From an uncultured Alphaproteobacteria bacterium (lineage in GTDB: Bacteria > Pseudomonadota > Alphaproteobacteria > CAAHEQ01 > UBA3637), in assembly GCA_934202735.1 (NCBI GenBank), contig CAKPYH010000004.1, forward strand, positions 73,407 to 137,406: DNA of 64,000 nucleotides, written 5' to 3'. Each line of letters opens with the position of its first letter. The first letter of the stretch is position 1. A model generated the notes under the pieces. The model had not been told where the DNA came from, did no database searches, and saw nothing but the letters and a program-made list of their open reading frames with translations. Made by a program: the position numbers and the translations under genes. Below, piece after piece: positions 1 through 9,731 of the stretch.

Positions 1-131
1 TGTCGTATGGGCTCACCAAATATGGTGGGTGCCGGCGATATAAGGCTTGCTCGAATAAACCGGGCTACTTATCGTGAAATTCGTAGTTTGTAACACCCAC
101 CGCCTATTGTGGCAAAATTTGGTTGGGCTGA

Positions 132-608
132 ATGGGATTTTTTTTGACTATCTGCGCATTTTTTGGCCATCGCGATACTCCGATGTCAAGCAACATAGAA
201 AACCACCTAACAGAGTTTGTTAGGGATTTGATAAATTATCACAAAGTAGATGAATTTTGGCTGTGTGGACAAGGCACGTTTGATTGTTTAGCTCGTCTTG
301 TCATGAAAGAATTAAAAAAAGAATTTAATTGGATCAATCTTTGCATATTTCCCGCATATTATCCCAACAACGCTAAAATGGATTGGATTGAAGACAACGA
401 CTATGATATGATGTATCCTGATGAAGTCGCAAAAGCACCTCCACAAGTCGCTATCTTGCGCCGTAATGATTATATTGCTAAAAATGCTGATTATATCATT
501 TGCTACATCAAACATAATTCAGGTGGAGCATATACGGCAGTCAAACGTGCCGCAAAGAATGAAAAGAAAATAATTAACATAGCAAATACTTCAGATGTTA
601 CGTTCTAA
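132..608 (+). CDS. SLOG-superfamily protein, YpsA/DUF1273-like
   Basis: By-eye alignment to B. subtilis YpsA: ICAFFGHRD ~ LAITGYKP, WLCGQGTFD ~ LISGQLGVE, Rossmann-like layout. Confidence 0.5.
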   Translation: MGFFLTICAFFGHRDTPMSSNIENHLTEFVRDLINYHKVDEFWLCGQGTFDCLARLVMKELKKEFNWINLCIFPAYYPNNAKMDWIEDNDYDMMYPDEVAKAPPQVAILRRNDYIAKNADYIICYIKHNSGGAYTAVKRAAKNEKKIINIANTSDVTF

Positions 609-713
609 CACAATTTTTAATTTGTTTAAAAGGAAAATAATCATTTCCTAATCAAAATCAATGGTACAATATCCGCAAGTAAAAATGTTCCTTCCAATGT
701 AAAACGAATCGTT

Positions 714-1286
714 TTATTCATTTGCCATTAGCTCTTTTTCACTTTGAGGGATAACGTCCTCAACATCATTTACTATTGTCAATAATCGTAATACTTTTAC
801 ACTTAGGAAACCCTCTTTTGCCAGATGTTTTAGTAATTTATAGAAAGGCGTGAAAAAATTATTAATATTCACAATAATTATTGGTTTTTTGATTATTCCT
901 AACTGTTTTAATACCATGAGTTCGGAAATCTCGTCTATTGTACCCAGTCCTCCTGGCAATACACAAAAGACATCTGCCTTTGAAATCATTGAAAACTTAC
1001 GTATAGATAATTTTGAATAAATATGTAGTTCATTAAGGTATTCCTCTTTTGTTAGATCAGGTCGCTCTAAATCAAAAAGCTCTCGAATAGTAAAGCCAAC
1101 GACATAACCTCCATTACTTTTGCAATTTGAAGCAATGAATTTCATTAATCCTGTGTTTCCCGCCCCATAGATCAATTGAATGTTATTTTTTGCCAAAAGA
1201 ACCCCTAAACGTCTAGCGACATTCTCATAGGACACGTTCTTTCCAACCTTACCGCCACAAAATACGCATATCTTTTGTAATTTCAC
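714..1286 (-). CDS. LOG family protein (cytokinin riboside 5'-monophosphate phosphoribohydrolase-like, TIGR00730)
   Basis: YGAGNTGLMKF...GGYVVGF and VLPGGLGTIDEISE (PGGxGTxxE) motifs. Confidence 0.75.
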   Translation of the reverse strand: MKLQKICVFCGGKVGKNVSYENVARRLGVLLAKNNIQLIYGAGNTGLMKFIASNCKSNGGYVVGFTIRELFDLERPDLTKEEYLNELHIYSKLSIRKFSMISKADVFCVLPGGLGTIDEISELMVLKQLGIIKKPIIIVNINNFFTPFYKLLKHLAKEGFLSVKVLRLLTIVNDVEDVIPQSEKELMANE

Positions 1287-1324
1287 TAAATACCCCTTTT
1301 TACATTGTAAAATAGCAGTAAAAA

Positions 1325-1362
1325 AATTTCAACAAAAAGGTTCCTTTTGCTAAAAAGGGACC
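1325..1362 (-). terminator. Putative intrinsic terminator downstream of glyQS
   Basis: Imperfect hairpin ggtcccttt/aaaggaacc followed by T-run on minus strand. Confidence 0.3.
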
Positions 1363-1369
1363 TTTTATA

Positions 1370-2794
1370 TCAATCTCTTTGATGCTGATTGAAAAATTGT
1401 AGTATGCGCTTGGATGATACCGTAAAATCCTGTCTTGTGTAAAAATCATGAATATATTTTGGAAGATTTTCGATTTCAACATTAATCTGTTTCATTGTAT
1501 CACGATCTCTGACTGTAACCGGATGTCGGCTATCTTCTATTGTTGTATTATCTACTGTTACGCATAAAGGAGTGCCTATTTCATCGTGTCTTCGATAAGA
1601 CTTTCCTATACTTCCACTATTTTCTAAAATAATACGGCCGATTCCAAGTTCTTGCAATTCCCTTCTGAGCCGCATTGCTGTCTGAACCATTTGTGGATTA
1701 TTTTTTACAAGAGGAATGATAGCTACCTTTACTGGTGCTATATGTTTTTTAAACTTCATTACCGCTCTGGTTTTTCCATTTTCTAAAGTTTCCTTTGTGT
1801 ATGCTTCATTCATTAAAACGACCATTGCACGATCAAGTCCCGCAGCAGTTTCAACAACAAACGGTATAAATTCTTTGTTGGTTACTGGATCCCTGTAAGA
1901 CATTTTTACCGATGAGTCTGTATTTGGCATAACGCGTGCTTGAATGTCAAAGTTATTTTGGCTCTTTGTATGTGAACCCAGGTCAAAGTCAGTTCTATCG
2001 TGAATCCCTTCAATCTCATCAAACCCCCAGGGGAATTGGTACTCTATATCTTCGGCGGCCTTTGCATAATGCGCTAAAGTAGTGTGTGGTGTTGTTCTTA
2101 ACTTCTTCGGATCAACGCCCTGTTTTACCCACCACTCTATTCTGTTCTTTTTCCATTCGTTAAACCACTTTTCGTCTTCTCCAGGAGGAACAAAGAACTG
2201 CATCTCAGCTTGTTCAAACTCCCTCATTCGAAATAGGAAATTCCTCGGAGTAATTTCATTACGGAATGATTTTCCGTGTTGAGCAATACCAAATGGCAAT
2301 CTTCTGTTCATAGAATTAAGAACATTGATAAAGTTCAAATAACTGCCCTGAGCCGTTTCTGGTCTCAAATACGCAAAACTTGTGCCATCATCAACAGGAC
2401 CAATATTTGTTTTCATCATAAGCATAAACTTACGAGGCTCTGTTAAATCAGAAGAACCACAAGTATCACACTTTGTAGGATCTTTCATTTTATCCTCTCT
2501 CATTCTTGAGTGGCAATGTTTACATTCCACTAGTGGATCAGAAAAGGTATCTTCATGTCCAGAATGTTTCCATACCAATCGGTGTGAAAGATGTGAGCAT
2601 TCGACTCCCTCAATGTCGTCACGTTCATAAATCATGCTCCTCCACCAACTATCACGAATATTTCTTTTAAGCTCTATGCCTAATGGGCCAAGATCATATA
2701 CGCCTTTTAGCCCCCCGTAGATTTCAGAGTTTTGAAAAACAAATCCTCTAGCTTTGGCTAGTGCGACTAATTCTTCCATATTTTCAAAAGCCAT
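1370..2794 (-). CDS. glyQS: Glycine--tRNA ligase, alpha2 homodimeric type
   Basis: N-terminus [22 protein letters not shown] and full length match class II GlyRS (GlyQS type). Confidence 0.9.
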   Translation of the reverse strand: [474 protein letters not shown]

Positions 2795-2932
2795 TTTTTT
2801 CTCCTAAAATTTTACAAAAGACAACAAATATCGTAAAGATAAGCAACATTATATCATATTTTTTATTTATTGTCAACCTTTTTCTTTTTTTTGTATTTTT
2901 TTATAAATATTAACATCCGTTTCACAAATATA

Positions 2933-2960
2933 TTGACAATTTCATAACATCTTATATAAT
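2933..2960 (+). promoter_or_regulatory. Sigma70-like promoter TTGACA-16-TATAAT driving SerRS-like operon; RBS AAGGAG at 2998-3003
   Basis: ttgaca at 2933-2938, tataat at 2955-2960, in divergent intergenic region. Confidence 0.5.
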
Positions 2961-3012
2961 ACCTGCGTATATTTGTAACTTTCTGTTTCTTAAACACAAG
3001 GAGACTCCTCAT

Positions 3013-4233
3013 ATGATATCTCTAAGTTATCTAACGAATTTGACGCATTTCAATGAATTATGTGCTTCTATGCAAGCTCGTAATGCTTTAGATTTATTTA
3101 AAAGTTTTATCGAGCAATATGAGATGCTTTCAAGAGATGCTTCATTTCCGTCATTTCATGAACTTGAAAATAAAGCTCGTTCTATGACGTTGGAAGAAGT
3201 TAATAATCCTAAAGATGCTACATCAAAAATGCTTTCGACATACTTGAGCCTTCCTAATATATCACACAGAATGGTTCCAATCGGAACATCGTCAGCACAA
3301 AATATCATACTAAAAAAATCTAATCCAAAAACTTTTCAAGAAAAAATGGACTACGAACAAATAGCTTCTATTTTTGGAATTTTTTCTCAGAAAATGAATG
3401 AGAACATTGCGGATTCCGGTTTTCCTGTATTGTCTGGTGTCGGACCAAAATTGGAAAGAGCACTCATTGAACTAATGTTAGATCATCACGCAAGATATGG
3501 ATACGACGAAATATCTATGCCAATACTTACTCACGAACGTACATTTTTTATGGCCGGTTCGTTTCCTAAACATCAGCATAATGTGTATAAAATTCAGGAT
3601 ACATCATTGTATTTAAATCCAACGATTGAAATGCAGGAAACAAGTTTAATCAGAAACAGAATATTTGATTTTACAGAACTACCAATGAAGGTTGTTGGCT
3701 TTGCAAGATCATTTAGAATAGAAAAAGGAAGAAGTATGGATTTGTACACAAACCTGCATGAGTTTGGGAAAGTGGAATCTTTTACTGTTTGTCGAGAAGA
3801 TCAATGGGAAGAAGTGTTGAATTTTTTATCTAATATGCTTGAAGATCTTCTAGACAACCTTGGATTCGTATGGAGAAAATTATTACTCTGTACTGGAGAT
3901 ATGGGTCAAGCAGGTTCGTTCACTTGCGACTATGAAATTTGGGCACCGGGTCAAAAAAAATGGTTAGAGATATCGAGCCTGAGTTACCGATCTACTTTTC
4001 AGGCTGTACGGCTTAATGCGATATATCATACACCAGATGGAGAAGAAAAATACGTCCATACTTATAATACACCAGGGTTTGCAATTCCCCGAGTTTTTGC
4101 GGCATTATTGGAGTGTATGTATCAAGATGACGAAACACTCCGTATTCCGGATTGTCTAGTCGGACGTTGTGGATTGCCATCAGTTGTATCTAAAGATACT
4201 TATTTCTCACACTTAACTAAAAACAAAGGATAA
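3013..4233 (+). CDS. Seryl-tRNA synthetase-like class II aaRS paralog (possible amino acid ligase)
   Basis: LLCTGDMGQAGSFTCDYEIWAPGQKKWLEISSLS matches SerRS motif-3 region (LCTGDMGF..YDLEVW..EISSCS); N-terminal arm atypical. Confidence 0.7.
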   Translation: MISLSYLTNLTHFNELCASMQARNALDLFKSFIEQYEMLSRDASFPSFHELENKARSMTLEEVNNPKDATSKMLSTYLSLPNISHRMVPIGTSSAQNIILKKSNPKTFQEKMDYEQIASIFGIFSQKMNENIADSGFPVLSGVGPKLERALIELMLDHHARYGYDEISMPILTHERTFFMAGSFPKHQHNVYKIQDTSLYLNPTIEMQETSLIRNRIFDFTELPMKVVGFARSFRIEKGRSMDLYTNLHEFGKVESFTVCREDQWEEVLNFLSNMLEDLLDNLGFVWRKLLLCTGDMGQAGSFTCDYEIWAPGQKKWLEISSLSYRSTFQAVRLNAIYHTPDGEEKYVHTYNTPGFAIPRVFAALLECMYQDDETLRIPDCLVGRCGLPSVVSKDTYFSHLTKNKG

Positions 4234-4237
4234 AAAT

Positions 4238-4894
4238 ATGAACGATATACATACAAGTGAAAGTTCTGTAAAAGACTATTTTACGGATGTTTATAATGAA
4301 GAGGCTTCCTTAAATAATATTCCTTGGGTTACAGGAGCTGTTGGTATTGAGATATTAAAAAAAGTTATTGGAAAAAAATTTCCATTAGCTTCGAATGTTT
4401 TAGATGTTGGTTGTGGTTTTGGTACCGAGGCTGTTTTCTTGGCTAGACATGGACATCATGTTATTGGAGTTGATACAGACGCCACAATTATAGGCAAGGC
4501 TAAAGAGTACGCAAAGCTTTTAGATACATTTGTTGATTTTAGAGTCTGCAATTTTCTAAAAACCGTTGAACAAAGTGAATTATCCTCTAGATTTGATATA
4601 GTCATTGATCAAGGATGTTTTCATCATATTTTACCTCAAGATAGACAAGCTTATAAAAATGCAGTAGTGCATTGTTTAAAAAACGGTGGCAAGTATTTAA
4701 TGAGAGGTTTTTCAAATCTGATGCCTCCTTCCACCTCCGGGAATGGACCAGTACGATTGACATCCGATGATATTTTAAATACTTTCTTATCTGACTTTTA
4801 CGTAGATGAAATGTACGTATTTGACAATATTCCTGTTGTGGGAAAAGAAGATATGCCTCAAAAATTCTGGTTTGTTTCCTTAACAAAAAGGTAA
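4238..4894 (+). CDS. Class I SAM-dependent methyltransferase
   Basis: VLDVGCGFGTEAVFLA (motif I GxGxG) followed by acidic residue after beta2 (VIGVDTD). Confidence 0.7.
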   Translation: MNDIHTSESSVKDYFTDVYNEEASLNNIPWVTGAVGIEILKKVIGKKFPLASNVLDVGCGFGTEAVFLARHGHHVIGVDTDATIIGKAKEYAKLLDTFVDFRVCNFLKTVEQSELSSRFDIVIDQGCFHHILPQDRQAYKNAVVHCLKNGGKYLMRGFSNLMPPSTSGNGPVRLTSDDILNTFLSDFYVDEMYVFDNIPVVGKEDMPQKFWFVSLTKR

Positions 4895-4898
4895 TTTT

Positions 4899-6182
4899 AT
4901 GAAGAGGATACTTTTTTCGGCACAAGGTTTTGGATTTGGACCAACGGCTAAAGCAGCTGTTGTTGCCACGTGGCTTCAAAAATATAAGTCAGATATTGTA
5001 ATGGATTTCATAGGATCTGGTTCTGCATATGAGTTGGCCCGATCGAGAAAAAGTATTTTTACAAATATATACAATGGCAAACAGTTGGCAACAATTCGGG
5101 AAAAAATTAAAAACAAATATTATGATGCAGTTATTTCTGTTATGGCACCACAAATAACTTTGATAGCTCATGTTTTTCACATTCCTGTCTTTTTAATTGA
5201 TAGTTTGTACTGGTTTTGGGATTGGAGACCTGATCGTATAGATTTCCTTTCGGCATTAAAAATTCAAACTCTTGAAGATATTTCTGCCATTTTTCAACAA
5301 ATACATCCACACGAACAACAATTTTTAGCTCATCGCTATGCATCAATTTCGTATTTGCAGGCTTGTTTTGATGAAGAAAAATCTTCTCGTAATATAAACC
5401 ATATTAAAAGAAAAAAAATTATAGCACCTATAGTAGACACATCTTTTATTTCTAAAAAAGAAAGGAATAATGACAATACCGTGGTTTTAAGTTTTTGTGG
5501 ACAATTTAATCCAATTGTTGATTCTGGAGAAGTATTGGATTATTGCAAACTTGTGCTAGCAGTAACCCGTGATGCATTTATTGACCTTTTGAAAAAAACA
5601 AACAATCGTTTACTTATTATTGGGCATCCTTATGTTATAGAGAATCTCCCTCAAATTATTAAATCACTACAATTTCCTGATGTAGATTGTGAACATCTTT
5701 GCTATCAAGATTACTATAAGACTATTAACTCGGCAGCAGCTATCATTGCTCCACCTTCTTTGACTACTTTCTATGAAAGTTGTGCGTATAACAAATCGTT
5801 AATATTGTTGCCAGAGCAACATGACGGACATTGGCCAAACTTTAAAACAATTACTAGGTATGAGAGGAAAGAAAATACAATTTTCCCTGGAAAAATGTTA
5901 ACACCAATGATAACCGATTTAAATGGGATGAAAGAAAATGATATCAAGTCATTATATAAGAAAATCAGAAGTATAAACGAAAATCAAAATAATTCTCTGT
6001 TTATACAACTTAAAAATGCCTATACACAAATAATTAACGATATTTCGAATGCGAGTTATCGACAAACTCTTATGAAAAAGCAGAAGTTGTATTTTGAACA
6101 TTATTTTTCATTACCGTCTACAAAGGCGGAGGAAATTATATTAGATATCAAGGAGTATCTGAATGAAAGTATTAGGAATTGA
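4899..6182 (+). CDS. GT-B fold glycosyltransferase-like protein (uncertain)
   Basis: N-terminal FGFGP..AKAAVVA and C-terminal IIAPPSLTTFYESCAYNKSLILLP resemble GT1/MurG-like donor-binding region. Confidence 0.3.
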   Translation: MKRILFSAQGFGFGPTAKAAVVATWLQKYKSDIVMDFIGSGSAYELARSRKSIFTNIYNGKQLATIREKIKNKYYDAVISVMAPQITLIAHVFHIPVFLIDSLYWFWDWRPDRIDFLSALKIQTLEDISAIFQQIHPHEQQFLAHRYASISYLQACFDEEKSSRNINHIKRKKIIAPIVDTSFISKKERNNDNTVVLSFCGQFNPIVDSGEVLDYCKLVLAVTRDAFIDLLKKTNNRLLIIGHPYVIENLPQIIKSLQFPDVDCEHLCYQDYYKTINSAAAIIAPPSLTTFYESCAYNKSLILLPEQHDGHWPNFKTITRYERKENTIFPGKMLTPMITDLNGMKENDIKSLYKKIRSINENQNNSLFIQLKNAYTQIINDISNASYRQTLMKKQKLYFEHYFSLPSTKAEEIILDIKEYLNESIRN

Positions 6183-8283
6183 AGGTGAAATTGTTGAAGT
6201 AAAAAAACCAGTTCGCTTGGCTGTCATTGGTTGTGGCAGTCATGTATATAGGAATATTTTACCCTCTATACGCTTTATACCTAATGCTATTATAACTGTT
6301 TTTTGTGATAAGAATACTGAAAAAGCAGAATTATTCGCAAAATATCATGGCGTCGAGACATGGTGCTGTTCAGCGGAAGAATTACTGAAAATGTTCCCAG
6401 AGAAATTTGATGCTTTGTTAGTAATTGTTGGTTTCTCCCCAGATACAGGAAAGCCTTTGTATTCTGAAATTGTCCCATCCTTCCTAAAGCGAGGAATTCC
6501 AGTTTGGATGGAAAAGCCACCCGCAGCATCTTGTGAAGAATTAGCTTCATTTGTGGCTGCTTCTAAACAAGGAAATACCTTTTTCCAGACTGGTTTTAAG
6601 ATGATGTTTGCCCCCGCTCTACAACAAGTAAAAAAATTGATGAATTCTGATAAATTTGGCGTACCTCAATCATTTGATATATCTTATGCAGTTAGTTTTC
6701 CGTCAGACATTCGAGATCTCACAAATATTAATGCTAGAAGGTTCTTAGATGATATTGTCCACATTTTGTCCCAAATACAATTTCTATTTGGATGCCCATA
6801 TAGAATGACAACTTTCAGAGGCGGAGAAAACGATGCTATAGCCATATTAGAGTATAAAAATGGTCTTACTGGTGCCATTCGAATATTAGGTGGAATAAGC
6901 ATTACAGGTCCTGCTGAATATTTAAGAATTGTTGGTACCTGTGATAAAGTAGATAACGGGACTCTTATTGAATTAAAAAACTCCGAAGAAATAACTCTAC
7001 ATGAACCAGGAGATCCTGGCGCTTATGGAAGAGACTTTTCGTTTATTAGAACTGATGGAACACACACACATGTATGGAGCCCAAATCTTAGAAAACCATT
7101 GGGAGCATTGAGTTTACACTCACATTCCTTGTATGGCTATATCAATGAGTTGTCTGCATTTGTAAACAGCGTTGAAAATAAAATTCCATCGATCGTTGCA
7201 GGTATAGAAGATACGCAAGCTATTATGAAAATGTACGATGCGTTTGCCGCAGATAACGCAAAGCCTCATATTCTCTCAAAGAAAATACGCACAAGTACTT
7301 TACCTGATACTATTTCAATTATAGAGGAGTTTACGTGTGACAATTGTTATGGACGTATGTATGTTAAGGATGGCTGGACGGCCAAGTGTGAAAATTGTGG
7401 CAAGACGGTTCAACTAATAAAATTTGAAAATAGATGGTCTCAAACTTCAGTCCGCAGAATTTTAAAGGATGTGTTAGAAAATCTTTCTATTGTTCCAGAG
7501 ACTTTAGATGCATGCCTTAAGTATAATAAGGGTATTGCAAAAGATAATTATAGAAGATGTTTTGTTGATCTTCGCGTAAAGAAAAACGCAAAGAAAACTT
7601 ATGATTATTTTATAAAAATAGCAAAAAATCCGAATGATATCTTTCCAGAGACTGAATATAAAGCTTTATCTCTGTTAAAAAGTCTTCCCTTTGTTCCTTC
7701 TGTATATGGGAAACCAAATCCTAAATATATTATTCAGCAATATATTGATGGCATAACTCTTTATTCGTTATTGAAAACAAATTTTGAGTCCTGCAAAGAT
7801 ATTCTATTAAAATCGGTAAAATGTTTGGCTGATTTTCATAAGACCTTTCGAAAAAGTGGTAAAAAACCATTTGGGTATGTCCATGGAGATATAGATCCGT
7901 GGCAAATTATTGTAGAAAAAGATGGTAATATAACAATTATAGATTGGGAAGACTTTAAAAAGGATGGTAATCAAATACATGACATCTTAAATTTTGTATT
8001 CATGGTTGGTGTTATTTATCTAGGTGAGAATACATCTGCTAAAGAAAAAGCAGAAATAATTCTGTATCAGAAATCGAAATTAACTGAATTAATTTTTGAC
8101 ATGCTTTCTACTTATTCCGAGGAAACATTAATCCCTGTAAAAGACATAATTGATGAGATTCCATGTTATGCTAAAAATCGGCTTATTAGACTTCAAAAAA
8201 TGTCAAGACCATCTGAAAATTTCATATATTCCTACCTTTTAAACGTTTGCAAAAAGGATATTGTATGGAAGAAAACCCAATAA
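6163..8283 (+). CDS. Fusion protein: Gfo/Idh/MocA NAD(P) oxidoreductase + zinc ribbon + APH/ChoK-like kinase domain
   Basis: N-terminus VRLAVIGCGSHVYRNILPS Rossmann; CDNCYG..CENCGK ribbon; YVHGDIDPWQIIV..IIDWED kinase catalytic/DFG-like motifs. Confidence 0.6.
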   Translation: MKVLGIEGEIVEVKKPVRLAVIGCGSHVYRNILPSIRFIPNAIITVFCDKNTEKAELFAKYHGVETWCCSAEELLKMFPEKFDALLVIVGFSPDTGKPLYSEIVPSFLKRGIPVWMEKPPAASCEELASFVAASKQGNTFFQTGFKMMFAPALQQVKKLMNSDKFGVPQSFDISYAVSFPSDIRDLTNINARRFLDDIVHILSQIQFLFGCPYRMTTFRGGENDAIAILEYKNGLTGAIRILGGISITGPAEYLRIVGTCDKVDNGTLIELKNSEEITLHEPGDPGAYGRDFSFIRTDGTHTHVWSPNLRKPLGALSLHSHSLYGYINELSAFVNSVENKIPSIVAGIEDTQAIMKMYDAFAADNAKPHILSKKIRTSTLPDTISIIEEFTCDNCYGRMYVKDGWTAKCENCGKTVQLIKFENRWSQTSVRRILKDVLENLSIVPETLDACLKYNKGIAKDNYRRCFVDLRVKKNAKKTYDYFIKIAKNPNDIFPETEYKALSLLKSLPFVPSVYGKPNPKYIIQQYIDGITLYSLLKTNFESCKDILLKSVKCLADFHKTFRKSGKKPFGYVHGDIDPWQIIVEKDGNITIIDWEDFKKDGNQIHDILNFVFMVGVIYLGENTSAKEKAEIILYQKSKLTELIFDMLSTYSEETLIPVKDIIDEIPCYAKNRLIRLQKMSRPSENFIYSYLLNVCKKDIVWKKTQ

Positions 8284-9731
8284 AAAAGTATGATACAATA
8301 ATTATTGGAGCAGGTCCAGCAGGGGCATTTTCGGCAATTTCATTAGCAAAAAGAGGCCTTAATGTCTTATTGTTGGAAAAAGGTGGAACTTTTTCGGACA
8401 ATTTATGCAAACATTTTGTAAAGCAATCATTCGATTCATCTTTAAAAGAACCCTATTGTTGTCATCAACAATGTTTGTCTGGATTTGGAGGAGCGGCTCT
8501 CCATTTTGAAGCCAATTTCGATAATTATCCTTATAACAATAATATTGATAAGCAGCGTATAAAAGACTTCACATTTTCTTCTTCTCTACAATCCGTTCTT
8601 GGTGAAAAAACTGAATTATATATTTCAAAATTCTATGATTTTATGTTTGATGCAGCTTTGGAAAAAACGGACACATTCTCGATAGATTCTGTTTCTCACT
8701 ACGTCAAAATTAGTTCATCAGGAACAATCCCTGTAAATTTAGCGAATATAAGAAAAATAGTAACTTGTTTAGAAAAAAACATTATACTATATAAAGTTCA
8801 ATACTTGACGAAGAGAAATGTTACGACTATTCAGCGAACAGGAAATTATTTTTTAGTTTCGTGTTTAAGAGATGGTGGAATATCCGGAGATGAAAATAGT
8901 GAAAGTGAACTTTTCCTTGGAAGTACCGTAATAGTCGCTACGGGGTATCGTAGTATGCCTTTTGTATTTAATTTAATCAAAGAACATAAATTAAGTCATA
9001 CTTTTCCAGATGATGTTGAATTAGGATTTAGGCTTGAAACTCCATCAGTTTATGCAGAAAAAATACTGGGCACTCAATATAATCCAAGAGTTAAGAGTCT
9101 TTGTGGAAAACACAGGACTTTTTGTATCTGTTCTGGTGGACGAATAATGAAATATCCATTTTCATGGGAAAGCAAAAATTTTGTTCTAGACGGACAACAC
9201 GCATATACACAGAAAGGAAATAAAACGAATTTTTCCCTATTATCTAAAGTCAAAGTTCCCGCAAATAAAAACAGTTATGAATACGTACATGATTTTGTGG
9301 AAAGCGCTAATAAACTAACACCTGGTTTCATCCCTGTTCAAAAATTACTTGATTACATAAACAAAAAAGCATCATCACAGAAAGAAATTGAGAAGCTATC
9401 TCTAACAATTTGCGGTTGTTCGGCAACGAATTTATTATCTCTAGTCCAAAAATATTCTATTCAACTTGATTGGTTTTTATCTTTTGCTAACGATATGTTA
9501 CCCAAACCAAAAGAATTTTACGATTCAACACTTTTGTTAGCTCCATCGGTTGTTAAATATGCACCTAGAATTTCTTTAAATGGAACTGAGAGCAGCATTA
9601 AAGGATTATATTTTATTGGAGATGCCTGTGGCTTAGTTTCTGGAATTTCTGCGGCTGGTGCAATGGGATTAATGGCCGCAGATCAAATTATAGAAAGTAA
9701 ATTAAAAAAAGGAGATTTTCATAATGAATAA
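8247..9731 (+). CDS. FAD-dependent oxidoreductase (HI0933/COG2509-like)
   Basis: YDTIIIGAGPAGAFSAISLAKRGLNVLLLEKGG dinucleotide-binding motif; ~490 aa. Confidence 0.6.
   Translation: MQKGYCMEENPIKKYDTIIIGAGPAGAFSAISLAKRGLNVLLLEKGGTFSDNLCKHFVKQSFDSSLKEPYCCHQQCLSGFGGAALHFEANFDNYPYNNNIDKQRIKDFTFSSSLQSVLGEKTELYISKFYDFMFDAALEKTDTFSIDSVSHYVKISSSGTIPVNLANIRKIVTCLEKNIILYKVQYLTKRNVTTIQRTGNYFLVSCLRDGGISGDENSESELFLGSTVIVATGYRSMPFVFNLIKEHKLSHTFPDDVELGFRLETPSVYAEKILGTQYNPRVKSLCGKHRTFCICSGGRIMKYPFSWESKNFVLDGQHAYTQKGNKTNFSLLSKVKVPANKNSYEYVHDFVESANKLTPGFIPVQKLLDYINKKASSQKEIEKLSLTICGCSATNLLSLVQKYSIQLDWFLSFANDMLPKPKEFYDSTLLLAPSVVKYAPRISLNGTESSIKGLYFIGDACGLVSGISAAGAMGLMAADQIIESKLKKGDFHNE

Noticed and set aside
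1-131. gggctcacca near window start resembling the tRNA-Lys 3' end (gctcacca)
   Set aside because: It is only an 8-mer, in inverted rather than direct orientation relative to the tRNA, so it is not a credible att repeat.
2795-3012. Looked for a T-box leader upstream of glyQS
   Set aside because: No T-box consensus (AANNNGGGTGGNACCGCG) is visible on either strand. The region instead contains a divergent promoter.
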